Positions 18,764 through 28,978 of a stretch of DNA of 64,000 bases are shown piece after piece. Position 1 is the first letter of the stretch; every line of letters starts with the position of its first letter. This DNA comes from a virus, in the IMG/VR virus record IMGVR_UViG_3300021368_000005, positions 1 to 64,000 of that record, one strand, 5' to 3'. The notes beneath the pieces are model-generated. The model saw only the letters and a list, made by a program, of their open reading frames with translations. It ran no database searches and was not told the origin of the DNA. Both the position numbers and the translations under genes were made by a program.

Positions 18764-21700
18764 TTATTTTTTGTTCACCTCTAAAATTGGTTCACCTTTT
18801 CCTCTTGCAGTATCAGCAACCTTAAGAACATTAGGGTTCGTACAGAAAGTTTCTACTGGTGAACGTCTATCTAAAGTAGTATTTGAAGTTTGTCGTGAAC
18901 GTCCAAACAAACCTCTCTTTTTACCTAAATTAGAACCTGGTAGTTTACCTCCATTAGAATTTGCTCTCGATGCTGAGATTATATTTCCACCAGAAGGAGC
19001 TGGGTCACCAGGATTATTCATTACTATTATTTTTCTATCTTCTTGTTTTGTTACAATTTCATAATCAGGTTCTACAATCCAAACAAGTTTACCAAATCTA
19101 AAACCTTTTCTACCTGTTCCAGCAATAGGCCTTCTTTCTTTTACAGTAAATCTTTCAGTAACAACCCACACTTGTTTTCTTTCCTTTATCAATTTACCAT
19201 TCCCATCCAATCTAGTAATGTTAGCATATCCATTCTGTGCAAATATTCCAGCCAATCCATTTTTAAGATTTCTAGGGTCTACACCAATTTGCTGTTGACC
19301 TTGAGTTTCGAATTGTCTTAGTAGTTGTTGAACTTTAAGAACATCTGTTATTCTACCATCTCTTAAATCAGCTGAACTAATTAAAGTTGGAACACCTCCA
19401 CCCATTCTTGCATTATAACTAGGAACACCAAAGGTAAATCTTGGAGTTGTTCCTATCATTCTTCCTTCTCTTCTAAAGAATTCACTTCTGAATCTTAATC
19501 TTTGTAAAGCCGCAACTCTTGGGTCTAATCTTTTTACGTTTTGAGAACTTAATTTAACCTGGTCTTTTAAGTCAATCTTAGGGTCTTTTATTCTTGCAAG
19601 AACATCTTCTGCCGATGGCTTTCTATGTTGATATTTACTTCTTTCAAGTATATGTGGTTCAATTAATAATCCACTAGATACAATCGCTCTCGCAGGTACA
19701 AGAGTTTCTAATGTTTCAAATAATGATTGGTCTATATATCTTATCAACTGAATATATTCATATAAATTCAGAGTAAACCTTTCGAAATAATAGTTTCTAA
19801 GAGTTTTTAGTTGTTGATATTCTGCTTTATATCTATCAGATGGGTCTCCAATATAATCATCTATTTCAAACTGACCTAGTGATTTCATAATATCTGTATT
19901 AATCTCTTTTATTGGAGAGAAGAATAATCCTAACTTATTAGAATCAATAGGTGAAGTATCGAATGATTTTTTAGTTGAACGTTCTCTATAAGAAAGAGTT
20001 AACCCATTTGATATATCTTCATTTACACCTTCTTGTGTTTCAAATCTAAATTTATTCCCAACACCAAATCCACTTGAAGGAACATTTGCTGTTACAGTTC
20101 TTTCATAAGTTGTATAGTGGTATGGATAATCTGTTATAGAATCAAAGTTTGATGCAGTTACAAATGGAACTAAGTATGATTCATTTATAGATACATTTTT
20201 AATAGCAGTATCTGCATTTCTATCTTTAGGATATTCAAAATCTAAACGTAGAAGTAAATCTTCGGTAGATGATGAATGGTGGTTACCATCAATTGCATCT
20301 GGCATTAATGTGTGGTTATCTATTCTAGATTCACTCAATGCAGTTGTCCAATATCTAAACTCATCAATAGAACCAGTCATACTAGAACCACCAATAGTTA
20401 ATTGGCTATCTAGTTCCCAAGAGGAAGTTGGAACATTAGTAACGGACATTGATACCGCATTTCTAATTCTTTCATTAAATCCTTCTTTTACATATACATC
20501 AAACGAACCAGTTCCTATATGTTGTACAACTATCTGATTATATTCTTCATTGAAGAAAGGAATATTTTCTGTTGATGAACTTAATAAGTTAGAACCACTT
20601 ACATATTGTAGTTCAATCTTACCTTGGTTTCCTGATTGATATTTAACACCTAAGTTCCAACCAGATGAAGATATAAATGTTTGGTCTTGTTTTTGTTCAG
20701 TATTAAGTCTAATCTCAACAGCTTGAGGATGGTCTGATGTTTCTGTATATTCTTTCCATGGAACTAATATAGATTGAGAATCTTTGATATTAATTGCGGC
20801 TGTTCTATCTTCAAACGAGAACTTACTAACACCTCCATCCGCATTTCTAGGTCCTCCAAATTCAAGAACAGTTAGCATTGATGATGGTACACCATAACAA
20901 GCTAATGCTGCTTTTACTGCCCTACCAGTACCCTTGTGTTTTAGTAAATAAGGTAAGTTATTTAATAATCTTCTCCAAACTTCATTTTGTCTATCCTTAC
21001 CAGTCATTGAACGAACTGATGTTCCATCTTCAGTTGTTCCAAATGCATATTCCCAAAGTGCCTGTGCACTCGCTCCCATTTTAGAATCCCAACCTAGGGA
21101 TTTTAACATAGATGATAGTAGAGCATCTTTTATACCTGAGTTATATTTGTGTTCTAAGTTTTTAGATTCTGCCAATGATTTGGTATATGCCCATAATACA
21201 TCGAAATGATTACCAATCATATTAAAGAACATTTTGAACTCTTCATTTTCGGTACTATTCTTTACATGATTAGGTAAGTTATTTACTAAATAATCTTTAT
21301 TATAGTAATCATATTGTTGAGCAGATAGTGAGATACTATTTAACCAATCAACTGCTTCAGTAGAATCAGATGAAGATATAGAATTACCACCAGCACCAGG
21401 ATATGTTAATCCATCCAATGATGAACTTGTATATAAGAATGATTCGAATCCATCAAAATTATCTGAAACTTTCTGTTTAGATTCTTCATTTTGTTGTATT
21501 TCTTTTTTGATTCTTACTGAACCTGTGTAGAAAGAACCTGATTTTAGATTTTCTATTTTATCATCATAGAATTCTAATAGTTTTATTTTATATACGAAGT
21601 TGTTAACTCTTTCTTCAGCCGATGAATATTTTACAAAATTATTCCATGCCCAAGTAGAAGTTCCATCTATAAGAACAGAACCACTTGTTTCTAAAGATGA

Positions 21701-24316
21701 ACTAGCATAAGGTATCTTTAATGTTTTTAATGAGAACCCACTACCACTAACAAACTGACTCATTAAGTTGGTAGATGTTGTTGAACCACTTGCAACTAAG
21801 TCATCATATAGTTGGAATCCGATTGGGTCACATATACCTTCTCCAAAGTTAGGAGATAGTTCAATACACTCTTTTAATTCTTCATTTACTAAAGTAATCT
21901 GTTCTATTATAGGAAGAGATTGTATTTTTGAAATCCAAATCTGTTGGTTTGGTTCAACACTTCTAGGTAATGGTTCGTACATTTTAAGAACCAACGTTTG
22001 TTCTTCATGTGTTTTTTTATTGACTATCTGAGGTACGAATTCTCCATCTTCATTTTCTACATCTTGTACAACATCCTTATATTTTGCAAATGTTTCATAG
22101 TCAGTACACCATGTTGCAATAAGTTTATTATCTCCATCACCAAAGTGCATTAAGTGAGTTAGGAACTTTGAATTATCTTGTGCAAGTGCAGATGAATCAA
22201 ATTGATGACATATAGCCTCTGATATATCTCTATGTACCTCGGCTCTATCAAGAACTAGATTACCTTTATCGAATGCAATTTTTATTGATTCGGTTTTACC
22301 TTTAGTTACCGAATCACCTTCTTCGTTATATGGACAGAAATATAAATCAAAATAAATCCAATCAGCAGTATCAAGTAACGCTTCTCCAGCTTGTTTTAAT
22401 ATTTTTCCAATATTAAATTCTTGAGAACCTTGTGCCGGTCCTTTATTTAATATTTTATTTTTATTATCTACTTTACCAATAAAAATATCAATGTAATTAG
22501 TATTAACAGATTCCCAATTTACAGCAAAGTCAATATTATATCCTTTGAAATCTGCACCAATAATTGTCTCAGGATAATCTATTCGTGTAATATCTGGTCC
22601 TGGTAATAATTGCTTTTCAATAACAATAACAGGTATTTGTTTAGCATCACCTGTACCATTTATGTTGGAATCGGGTTGTAAATAAACTTGATAAGAACCT
22701 GGTCTATCAAAATCACTTGGTTTTAATACAAGTTTATTTGTGTGAGTATTTTTTCTAAACCTTCCTTTAGTTTTTATATTAACCCAATCAGCATTTTTAG
22801 TAGTGTATGGTATTACAAGTTCTTTATCAGCAACATCACCAATATTAATATAAACAATATCTTGAGATACCTCTAAAATAGGTTTTGTGTATCCTGGTGC
22901 ACTTTCACCACTAGTTCTAGTTTCAGTTACAGTATATGATGTTAGAGTATATGATGGACTAGGTGCTGGTTTTGGTTGATATTCTGGTTCAACCGCAATT
23001 TCTCCTTTAGTAATAGTAATTTTTAGATTATACTCTTTTTTCAATTCTAGAGCTTGGAATGAAAATCTAACATCCCCTCCCTTACCTACTTCTGATTTTT
23101 GTTCTGCTAATTTTTTTCCACTACCTACTTCATATAATGTATATTGATGATTATGTGTTGAAGTTGATGATGATGGAGTCCAATTTAAGAAAGTTGCAGT
23201 ATTTATAATAGTACTTTGTGCTGAACCCGATAATGTTTGTACTTTACCACCAAAATCAATCTCACCAGTCACACCCATTGGTAAATCATGTGTAATATTA
23301 AGTTTAGTAGTGTTATCAACTACTGGTTCTGGTTTTGGTGCTGACTGATTATAAGTAAATGTTATAGTTGTACCTGTATTAGTTGGTGTAAGGCTAGTAA
23401 CTAATTTACCATCTTTGGTTATATCAACTACATACTTAGTAATTGGTGCTACCTGATTGATTTTATCAACTGGTACTACAACTAGTCGTGTTTTAATTCT
23501 ATAAACTTCGTTTGCTTTACCAAGAGCTGAATCTTGTGCACCAATAGTTCTACCACTTAAATAATCTTTGGCATTTGCACGATGTGAAACTGTATATTGA
23601 GTTTTTTCACCAGTATCAGTAAACAATGCACCACGAGCTGTATTTGGTGTAAATGTGAAATGAATATTGGTTGAAAAATCTTTTGGTGGAATTGGTCTTG
23701 ATGGTTTCGGCTCGTCAGGCTCAACTCCGATTCTTACTTCTTTATCTAATTGTATAACCCCAATATCCCTACCAATTCTTTCTCCTGCATTCATTCGAGG
23801 TCCAACACCTATGGTGTTTACCACAATATCATTAAAAGTATCATCAACTGCAGGATTAAAAAAGTTTTGTTGTCTAATTTCTTCTGCTTGTCTATTATAT
23901 TCATCTACTCTAACCTGCATTGGTTCATAAACAATATCAGGTTCAGGTGGTTTTGGCTTTACCACCGCTGGTTTAGGAGTTTGTTTTGGTTTAGCGGGTT
24001 GTGGTGGTGCTGGAAGTGTAAACTGAGGCTCAGGTCTCGGAGTAAACCTCGGAGTTGCATTAAAAGCAGCAGGTAAATCCATCAATCTATTTATCTCATT
24101 CCCAATAGGTACTCCTCCACTTGTTGGCCCACCTCCCATAAGATTGGCCATATTACCACCACCTACTGAATAAGCTGCGCCTCCAGTCATGGCCGCAGGT
24201 GTGAACCCTCCCAATATACCCATAGAACTAGTATCATACCAGTTAGAACCATTCCAAGTCCAGTTACCTACTGATTGTCCTACAAATCTTCCGTTAAATC
24301 TTGGTTTCATTGCCAT
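18764..24316 (-). CDS. Large baseplate wedge protein (T4 gp7/P2 gpI-like) with LamG-like domain
   Basis: LPYLLKHKGTGRAVKAALACYG is a gpI/gp7-type motif; LamG-like LTIGG...GSIDEFRYWTTALS; Pro/Gly-rich N-terminus. Confidence 0.72.
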   Translation of the reverse strand: MAMKPRFNGRFVGQSVGNWTWNGSNWYDTSSMGILGGFTPAAMTGGAAYSVGGGNMANLMGGGPTSGGVPIGNEINRLMDLPAAFNATPRFTPRPEPQFTLPAPPQPAKPKQTPKPAVVKPKPPEPDIVYEPMQVRVDEYNRQAEEIRQQNFFNPAVDDTFNDIVVNTIGVGPRMNAGERIGRDIGVIQLDKEVRIGVEPDEPKPSRPIPPKDFSTNIHFTFTPNTARGALFTDTGEKTQYTVSHRANAKDYLSGRTIGAQDSALGKANEVYRIKTRLVVVPVDKINQVAPITKYVVDITKDGKLVTSLTPTNTGTTITFTYNQSAPKPEPVVDNTTKLNITHDLPMGVTGEIDFGGKVQTLSGSAQSTIINTATFLNWTPSSSTSTHNHQYTLYEVGSGKKLAEQKSEVGKGGDVRFSFQALELKKEYNLKITITKGEIAVEPEYQPKPAPSPSYTLTSYTVTETRTSGESAPGYTKPILEVSQDIVYINIGDVADKELVIPYTTKNADWVNIKTKGRFRKNTHTNKLVLKPSDFDRPGSYQVYLQPDSNINGTGDAKQIPVIVIEKQLLPGPDITRIDYPETIIGADFKGYNIDFAVNWESVNTNYIDIFIGKVDNKNKILNKGPAQGSQEFNIGKILKQAGEALLDTADWIYFDLYFCPYNEEGDSVTKGKTESIKIAFDKGNLVLDRAEVHRDISEAICHQFDSSALAQDNSKFLTHLMHFGDGDNKLIATWCTDYETFAKYKDVVQDVENEDGEFVPQIVNKKTHEEQTLVLKMYEPLPRSVEPNQQIWISKIQSLPIIEQITLVNEELKECIELSPNFGEGICDPIGFQLYDDLVASGSTTSTNLMSQFVSGSGFSLKTLKIPYASSSLETSGSVLIDGTSTWAWNNFVKYSSAEERVNNFVYKIKLLEFYDDKIENLKSGSFYTGSVRIKKEIQQNEESKQKVSDNFDGFESFLYTSSSLDGLTYPGAGGNSISSSDSTEAVDWLNSISLSAQQYDYYNKDYLVNNLPNHVKNSTENEEFKMFFNMIGNHFDVLWAYTKSLAESKNLEHKYNSGIKDALLSSMLKSLGWDSKMGASAQALWEYAFGTTEDGTSVRSMTGKDRQNEVWRRLLNNLPYLLKHKGTGRAVKAALACYGVPSSMLTVLEFGGPRNADGGVSKFSFEDRTAAINIKDSQSILVPWKEYTETSDHPQAVEIRLNTEQKQDQTFISSSGWNLGVKYQSGNQGKIELQYVSGSNLLSSSTENIPFFNEEYNQIVVQHIGTGSFDVYVKEGFNERIRNAVSMSVTNVPTSSWELDSQLTIGGSSMTGSIDEFRYWTTALSESRIDNHTLMPDAIDGNHHSSSTEDLLLRLDFEYPKDRNADTAIKNVSINESYLVPFVTASNFDSITDYPYHYTTYERTVTANVPSSGFGVGNKFRFETQEGVNEDISNGLTLSYRERSTKKSFDTSPIDSNKLGLFFSPIKEINTDIMKSLGQFEIDDYIGDPSDRYKAEYQQLKTLRNYYFERFTLNLYEYIQLIRYIDQSLFETLETLVPARAIVSSGLLIEPHILERSKYQHRKPSAEDVLARIKDPKIDLKDQVKLSSQNVKRLDPRVAALQRLRFRSEFFRREGRMIGTTPRFTFGVPSYNARMGGGVPTLISSADLRDGRITDVLKVQQLLRQFETQGQQQIGVDPRNLKNGLAGIFAQNGYANITRLDGNGKLIKERKQVWVVTERFTVKERRPIAGTGRKGFRFGKLVWIVEPDYEIVTKQEDRKIIVMNNPGDPAPSGGNIISASRANSNGGKLPGSNLGKKRGLFGRSRQTSNTTLDRRSPVETFCTNPNVLKVADTARGKGEPILEVNKK

Positions 24317-24381
24317 AATATTTTATCCATACATATTCATACGATTATAATCGTTTTGAGTGAAATCACTTTTATAATTTA

Positions 24382-26625
24382 TTATAAAAATATATTTTTA
24401 TAATTGTGAGTTAATATCCCATTCGCATAATAAGTATGTTTACCATCTAATGTTAGTAGATAAACTGTATCTACTCTTACAAGAAATAAACTATTTATTA
24501 CTATTTCTTCTTTTTCTCTTGTTAAAAATATATCACCTGTTTCAATTTCTAAGGTGGTTTTTATCATCCACTCATCTCCTCTTTTTACAAGATGTTTATG
24601 TTCTTCACTACATTCTAATAACCCATCATTGATAGAATAAACATTTCTATCATGCAACTCTTTGAAATCAACTACCTTATACTCATCATAATCATATTGT
24701 TCTATATTTTTACCTTTCCAATTATCTTCCACTTTATTCCAAGATGATAGTGTTTTTATATTCAACCCTCTTAAAGATTGTCCTTTTTTAACATCCTGAA
24801 CATTTATCATTGTACCATCTGCAGTTTCTATTTTTGTGTCAGCAACGAGACATCCGCCTCCGCCTCCACTTGAGAATCCTCCTCCACCACCACCACCTTT
24901 TGGTGTTGGTTTTGGTGCAGTATATCCACATTTAGGACTATTGTATTGTGATGTAATAGGACTTTTTAATCCACCGTTTCCATCTGCATACCCTATTTTT
25001 CTAGTTGTACCACTACAAGTATCTTTTACGATAGTACCTCTTGCGGGGTAACTTGGTCTTGGTGTGACAGTACCCGCTTGAGTCCAAGTTACAGAAGCAG
25101 ATTTTCCAGAGGCATCTCCACTACCAGTACAAGTAACTGTACCAGTTCTTGTAGGTCCTGTGTTTTCTGTAACTGTAACATTTGCTGTTCCTCCAAATCC
25201 ACCTGGGATACCATTACTTTTTATTTGAACCCAACTTGGGAAACTACAAGTTACACCAACTTTACCACTACACTTTGACCTTACAGGTGACCTCATGTGG
25301 TCGTTGTTATGAAAAACCCAACCTCCACTTAATGTATTTGGTCTTTCTTTTGAGGTGAAAGTTCTATCTGAAGCTGGAATGTAAATACTTATTCCACTCT
25401 TATAGGTTGCACAGGTAGTTCCTCCACTTGGTTTAGGTTGTGGTGGTTTTGGCCTAGGGGTTGGTGGATTAGGTCTTGGTGGAGGCGGTGGAGGTGGAGG
25501 TGGTGGTGGAACCGGTACTTTTCTGTACTTAGTTACCTGAACCTCATATGTACACTTATCATCCACAGTTGCCGAAGCATTATAGTTTTTAGCCTTAGGG
25601 TCTCTACATCCTCTTATAGCAGGTTTCTTTTCTGTTGGAGGTTCTGCATAAAATTCACCATCCGATTTGACAGTTTTTAATATTTTATCAACCTTATCTA
25701 AAGTTTCTTGTTGTTTTCTAGTTCTAACTGTTTTTTGAGCTATATCTTGTTTTGGTAAATGATAATCAACACAATTTTCTGCAATATCACATAATTGCAT
25801 TATTATTCCTTTACTATTAAAGTTAATACCAAATTTCTCACCAGTTGGTTGGCCAAATGTTGATTGTTCTTTAATATTAAAAAATCTATTATTTCTAAAG
25901 TTATCTAATGATTTATCAAATGAAATCTTTACTAAACTTAAAAATCTTTCAAAGTTATCAATTTTGAATTCCTTTTGTATTAACTTAATATAATTTTGAC
26001 CATCTTCAATCTTTCCTCTAAGTTGTAGCATTTTTTCTACAATCTTAGTTATATCGAATTGCTGAGAAAATTCATCTAAAAATAAAACAACATCTGCAAA
26101 GAAATCATCTCCACTAGTAAATGTTTTATATCTTAAATCTAAATCATCATTAGGTAATCCAGTCGATTCATCTATTACTGGTAAAACTCTAACTTCTGTT
26201 CTAGATGGTGATATTTCATGTATCCATGCTCTATCAAACATTCTATCTTCAGAACCCAATCTTCTGTTTAATAAAGCAACTGATGTTTTGAATACACCTT
26301 GTGAATATCCAGCTTCTTTAATTAATTTTTCAACATCAATAAAAAATTCTTCTGCTTGATTTCTCTTTATATTAAATTTTGTTTTATCAGCTTTACTAAA
26401 ATATTTTTTAATATTAGTATCTGTATATGAAATATATCTTACAGGTTTTCCATTTGAAGATTCTTGAGGTAGGGCGTTATCATTTGAATCATATACTATA
26501 AATTCAATTAAATCACCAACATCGAGACCAAAGATACCTCTACGAACTTCTCTTTCGAAAATTTCTCTATCTTTTTTCTCAACTCGATAACCTTTTTTTT
26601 CTTCTATGTTTTTGAAATCCTTCAT
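24382..26625 (-). CDS. Virion protein with polyproline linker, BACON-like domain and C-terminal Hint (intein-like) domain
   Basis: GCRDPKAKNYNASATVDDKCTY motif; poly-Pro; BACON-like SWVQI...VTENTGPTRTGTVT...VTWTQAG; Gly linker, then CLVADTKI...SEEH...YYANGILTHN. Confidence 0.8.
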   Translation of the reverse strand: MKDFKNIEEKKGYRVEKKDREIFEREVRRGIFGLDVGDLIEFIVYDSNDNALPQESSNGKPVRYISYTDTNIKKYFSKADKTKFNIKRNQAEEFFIDVEKLIKEAGYSQGVFKTSVALLNRRLGSEDRMFDRAWIHEISPSRTEVRVLPVIDESTGLPNDDLDLRYKTFTSGDDFFADVVLFLDEFSQQFDITKIVEKMLQLRGKIEDGQNYIKLIQKEFKIDNFERFLSLVKISFDKSLDNFRNNRFFNIKEQSTFGQPTGEKFGINFNSKGIIMQLCDIAENCVDYHLPKQDIAQKTVRTRKQQETLDKVDKILKTVKSDGEFYAEPPTEKKPAIRGCRDPKAKNYNASATVDDKCTYEVQVTKYRKVPVPPPPPPPPPPPRPNPPTPRPKPPQPKPSGGTTCATYKSGISIYIPASDRTFTSKERPNTLSGGWVFHNNDHMRSPVRSKCSGKVGVTCSFPSWVQIKSNGIPGGFGGTANVTVTENTGPTRTGTVTCTGSGDASGKSASVTWTQAGTVTPRPSYPARGTIVKDTCSGTTRKIGYADGNGGLKSPITSQYNSPKCGYTAPKPTPKGGGGGGGFSSGGGGGCLVADTKIETADGTMINVQDVKKGQSLRGLNIKTLSSWNKVEDNWKGKNIEQYDYDEYKVVDFKELHDRNVYSINDGLLECSEEHKHLVKRGDEWMIKTTLEIETGDIFLTREKEEIVINSLFLVRVDTVYLLTLDGKHTYYANGILTHNYKNIFL

Positions 26626-26628
26626 TTA

Positions 26629-27915
26629 TTATTTTTTATTCTTTCTAATCTTCCAACTCATCGAACTACCACTAGCAGTACTACCATCATCATATCTTAC
26701 AGATATTGTAAAGTTTCCACTATAATCTTTTGCTGACCACCACATATTACTTTTCTCTGGAGCAGGTGCACCTCTTCCACCGATGTTTTTATTCATATAT
26801 AGTTTAACATCTGTTTTTGAACCTTTTGCAATACTAACACTTTGTGATGTTCTTGGTTTACCATTATCAGTACCAAATCCAAGTGGACCATAACTAGATA
26901 AACCACCACTTACTCTTATACTTACTTGAGTAATTTTAGCACCACTATCTTTTAAGTTTTGTACTGTTAATGTTGCTATCTTACCTGGCTTTGGATTATC
27001 TACCGAAGTAACCCATTCAACATCATATCCATTTGATGGTGTATCTGCCTTTACTCCATAATAAGATTCACTATCACTCAATGGTTCTAATCCAGCTGCT
27101 GCCGCCGCTGTTTCTGCCGCCTGACCAGATAGTTGAGATTCTAATGCCTTTTGTTGGTTTTCTAAAGCCAATCGTTGAGCTTCAGCCGCTTTAGCCGCCG
27201 CTTCCCTTTGTGCCGCCGCTTGTTCGGTTTGTACCTTCAGAGCCTCCACACCAGCTTCAACTTGTCCTTCAAGACCAGATACAATTTTTCTAAGTGAAAG
27301 GAGTTCTTGTCTTAATACATCTTTTTGAGCAACTAAACCTTCTACTTGTGCATTTAATCTAACTCTTTCATTTGCTTCCTTAGTTGATTTTATAATAGCA
27401 ACAGTAAGTTTTCCAGCCACTTCTTTATATCGTTCAGTTGATTGTTGTAATTGATTATCCACAATCGCCTTACTAACTTGTACCGCATCTACTTCTACTA
27501 AAGCGGCTTGTAGTTCTGAAGATAACCTAGCATTTTCACCCTCTAACCTACTAACTTCTTCTACAGCTTCTGATAGTTCTTGTAGAGTCTGTTGATAATC
27601 ATCTTGTAAATCATCATATACTTCTCTAGGAACAACATCTGGTCTTGGAGGTCCTTCTGGTTTTACTAACTCATCTATTACAGTATCAACCGCCTTTTTA
27701 AGTTGGTCCTCTTTGTATGCAGGTTTTTCTATATAAGAAACAATCTCACCATCTCTATCACCCTTCATGTGGTCATATGGTTGGTCTGAGCCTGTTAGGA
27801 AAGTTGGTGAACCATCTATAAACGTATGGGTTTTAGACAAAGAATCTTCCGAGACTATGGCTCTGGAGCCACTCTTTACAAGTTCATCAAATCTAAATCT
27901 ATTTTCTAAAGCCAT
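26629..27915 (-). CDS. Coiled-coil virion protein with C-terminal beta/Ig-like domain
   Basis: Long heptad Ala/Glu/Gln-rich region; in the baseplate operon. Confidence 0.6.
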   Translation of the reverse strand: MALENRFRFDELVKSGSRAIVSEDSLSKTHTFIDGSPTFLTGSDQPYDHMKGDRDGEIVSYIEKPAYKEDQLKKAVDTVIDELVKPEGPPRPDVVPREVYDDLQDDYQQTLQELSEAVEEVSRLEGENARLSSELQAALVEVDAVQVSKAIVDNQLQQSTERYKEVAGKLTVAIIKSTKEANERVRLNAQVEGLVAQKDVLRQELLSLRKIVSGLEGQVEAGVEALKVQTEQAAAQREAAAKAAEAQRLALENQQKALESQLSGQAAETAAAAAGLEPLSDSESYYGVKADTPSNGYDVEWVTSVDNPKPGKIATLTVQNLKDSGAKITQVSIRVSGGLSSYGPLGFGTDNGKPRTSQSVSIAKGSKTDVKLYMNKNIGGRGAPAPEKSNMWWSAKDYSGNFTISVRYDDGSTASGSSMSWKIRKNKK

Positions 27916-27916
27916 T

Positions 27917-28978
27917 TTACCTCTCTACTGTAAACGTTAAATCTTTATCTGAAAAATATTCTATAACCCCATTTCTTTCGGTCTTTACTTCAATATAATA
28001 ATCTCTTTCTGTTTCAAAGTTTGTAAGATTAAGCTTAAAGTAATTACCATTAGAATCACAAGATACTTTAGTGTAATCACTAAATGGAAGAATTACTTCA
28101 TCTGTTTGTATATCTTTAATTTGATAATACGTTGTTGATGGTAAAAAATACACATCTGTATATGCATGTTGATTTGAATAAGTTTTAAGAGGATATTTTT
28201 CTCTTCCAAAAACTCTAATCTGTGGTGTACTTCCTTTTTTGTATTTTGTTTTTAATCTCTTAAATGTTACATGAATATCATCAGATGTAAGTTCTGTTAG
28301 CGAACCAGTAGAAAAAGATGAATCATCCCAACCTATTCTTATTTTTGGTTGGTAAATTGTATTTGTCTCTTTGGAGAAAAATTTTAGTTGGCCATAGTCA
28401 TTTACATCATTCTCCAATGATGATGTATATTTTAGAATAAATCCTTCGTTTGGTAAATCACCACTAATCCAAGTATTAAGTGTTCCTAGAACATCCATTT
28501 CTATATCAGATGTCTCATATGAAAATGATTGTGATGAGAAAGAACCAGTAAACCAAATACCACCCTTACCATTAAATGAACCAGTTGTATCAGATGAGTG
28601 ATTTTCTTGACTCATCCAGTCTTGTCCTGTTCTACAACTATTCCATGTTACACCATCTGTTGATATTTCATCAAATCTAGTTCCTATACCCATATCCCAC
28701 GATTGAGATACTGCATAAGCATAAATTGTATAATCTGTTGGTATTTCACTTGATTCACATTCTCTAAGAATAAGTTCTGCAGAACTTGCAGTTATTTCTC
28801 CACTTGCTATTGATTGAGATATTGCATTAGTATCAAACTTAATTAAAGAATGAGATATATCTTTGAGATTACCATAGTATGTTTTTGATATCTCAAGTAT
28901 CTCATCTCTACCTGTATTTTGAGATGGTTGTTGTAAGTAAATGGTTGCATCTTTTGATGCTGTTACGAAGTAATACAT
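27917..28978 (-). CDS. Virion protein with DNRLRE/CBM96-like domain
   Basis: KDATIY...NTG...LIKFD...ITASSAELIL...VSQSW...VTWN...NEGFILK...F.SKE...PKI pattern. Confidence 0.6.
   Translation of the reverse strand: MYYFVTASKDATIYLQQPSQNTGRDEILEISKTYYGNLKDISHSLIKFDTNAISQSIASGEITASSAELILRECESSEIPTDYTIYAYAVSQSWDMGIGTRFDEISTDGVTWNSCRTGQDWMSQENHSSDTTGSFNGKGGIWFTGSFSSQSFSYETSDIEMDVLGTLNTWISGDLPNEGFILKYTSSLENDVNDYGQLKFFSKETNTIYQPKIRIGWDDSSFSTGSLTELTSDDIHVTFKRLKTKYKKGSTPQIRVFGREKYPLKTYSNQHAYTDVYFLPSTTYYQIKDIQTDEVILPFSDYTKVSCDSNGNYFKLNLTNFETERDYYIEVKTERNGVIEYFSDKDLTFTVER

Noticed and set aside
24403-24852. Canonical splicing intein or mobile element
   Set aside because: The +1 residue is Tyr, there is no homing endonuclease, and the domain is essentially C-terminal.
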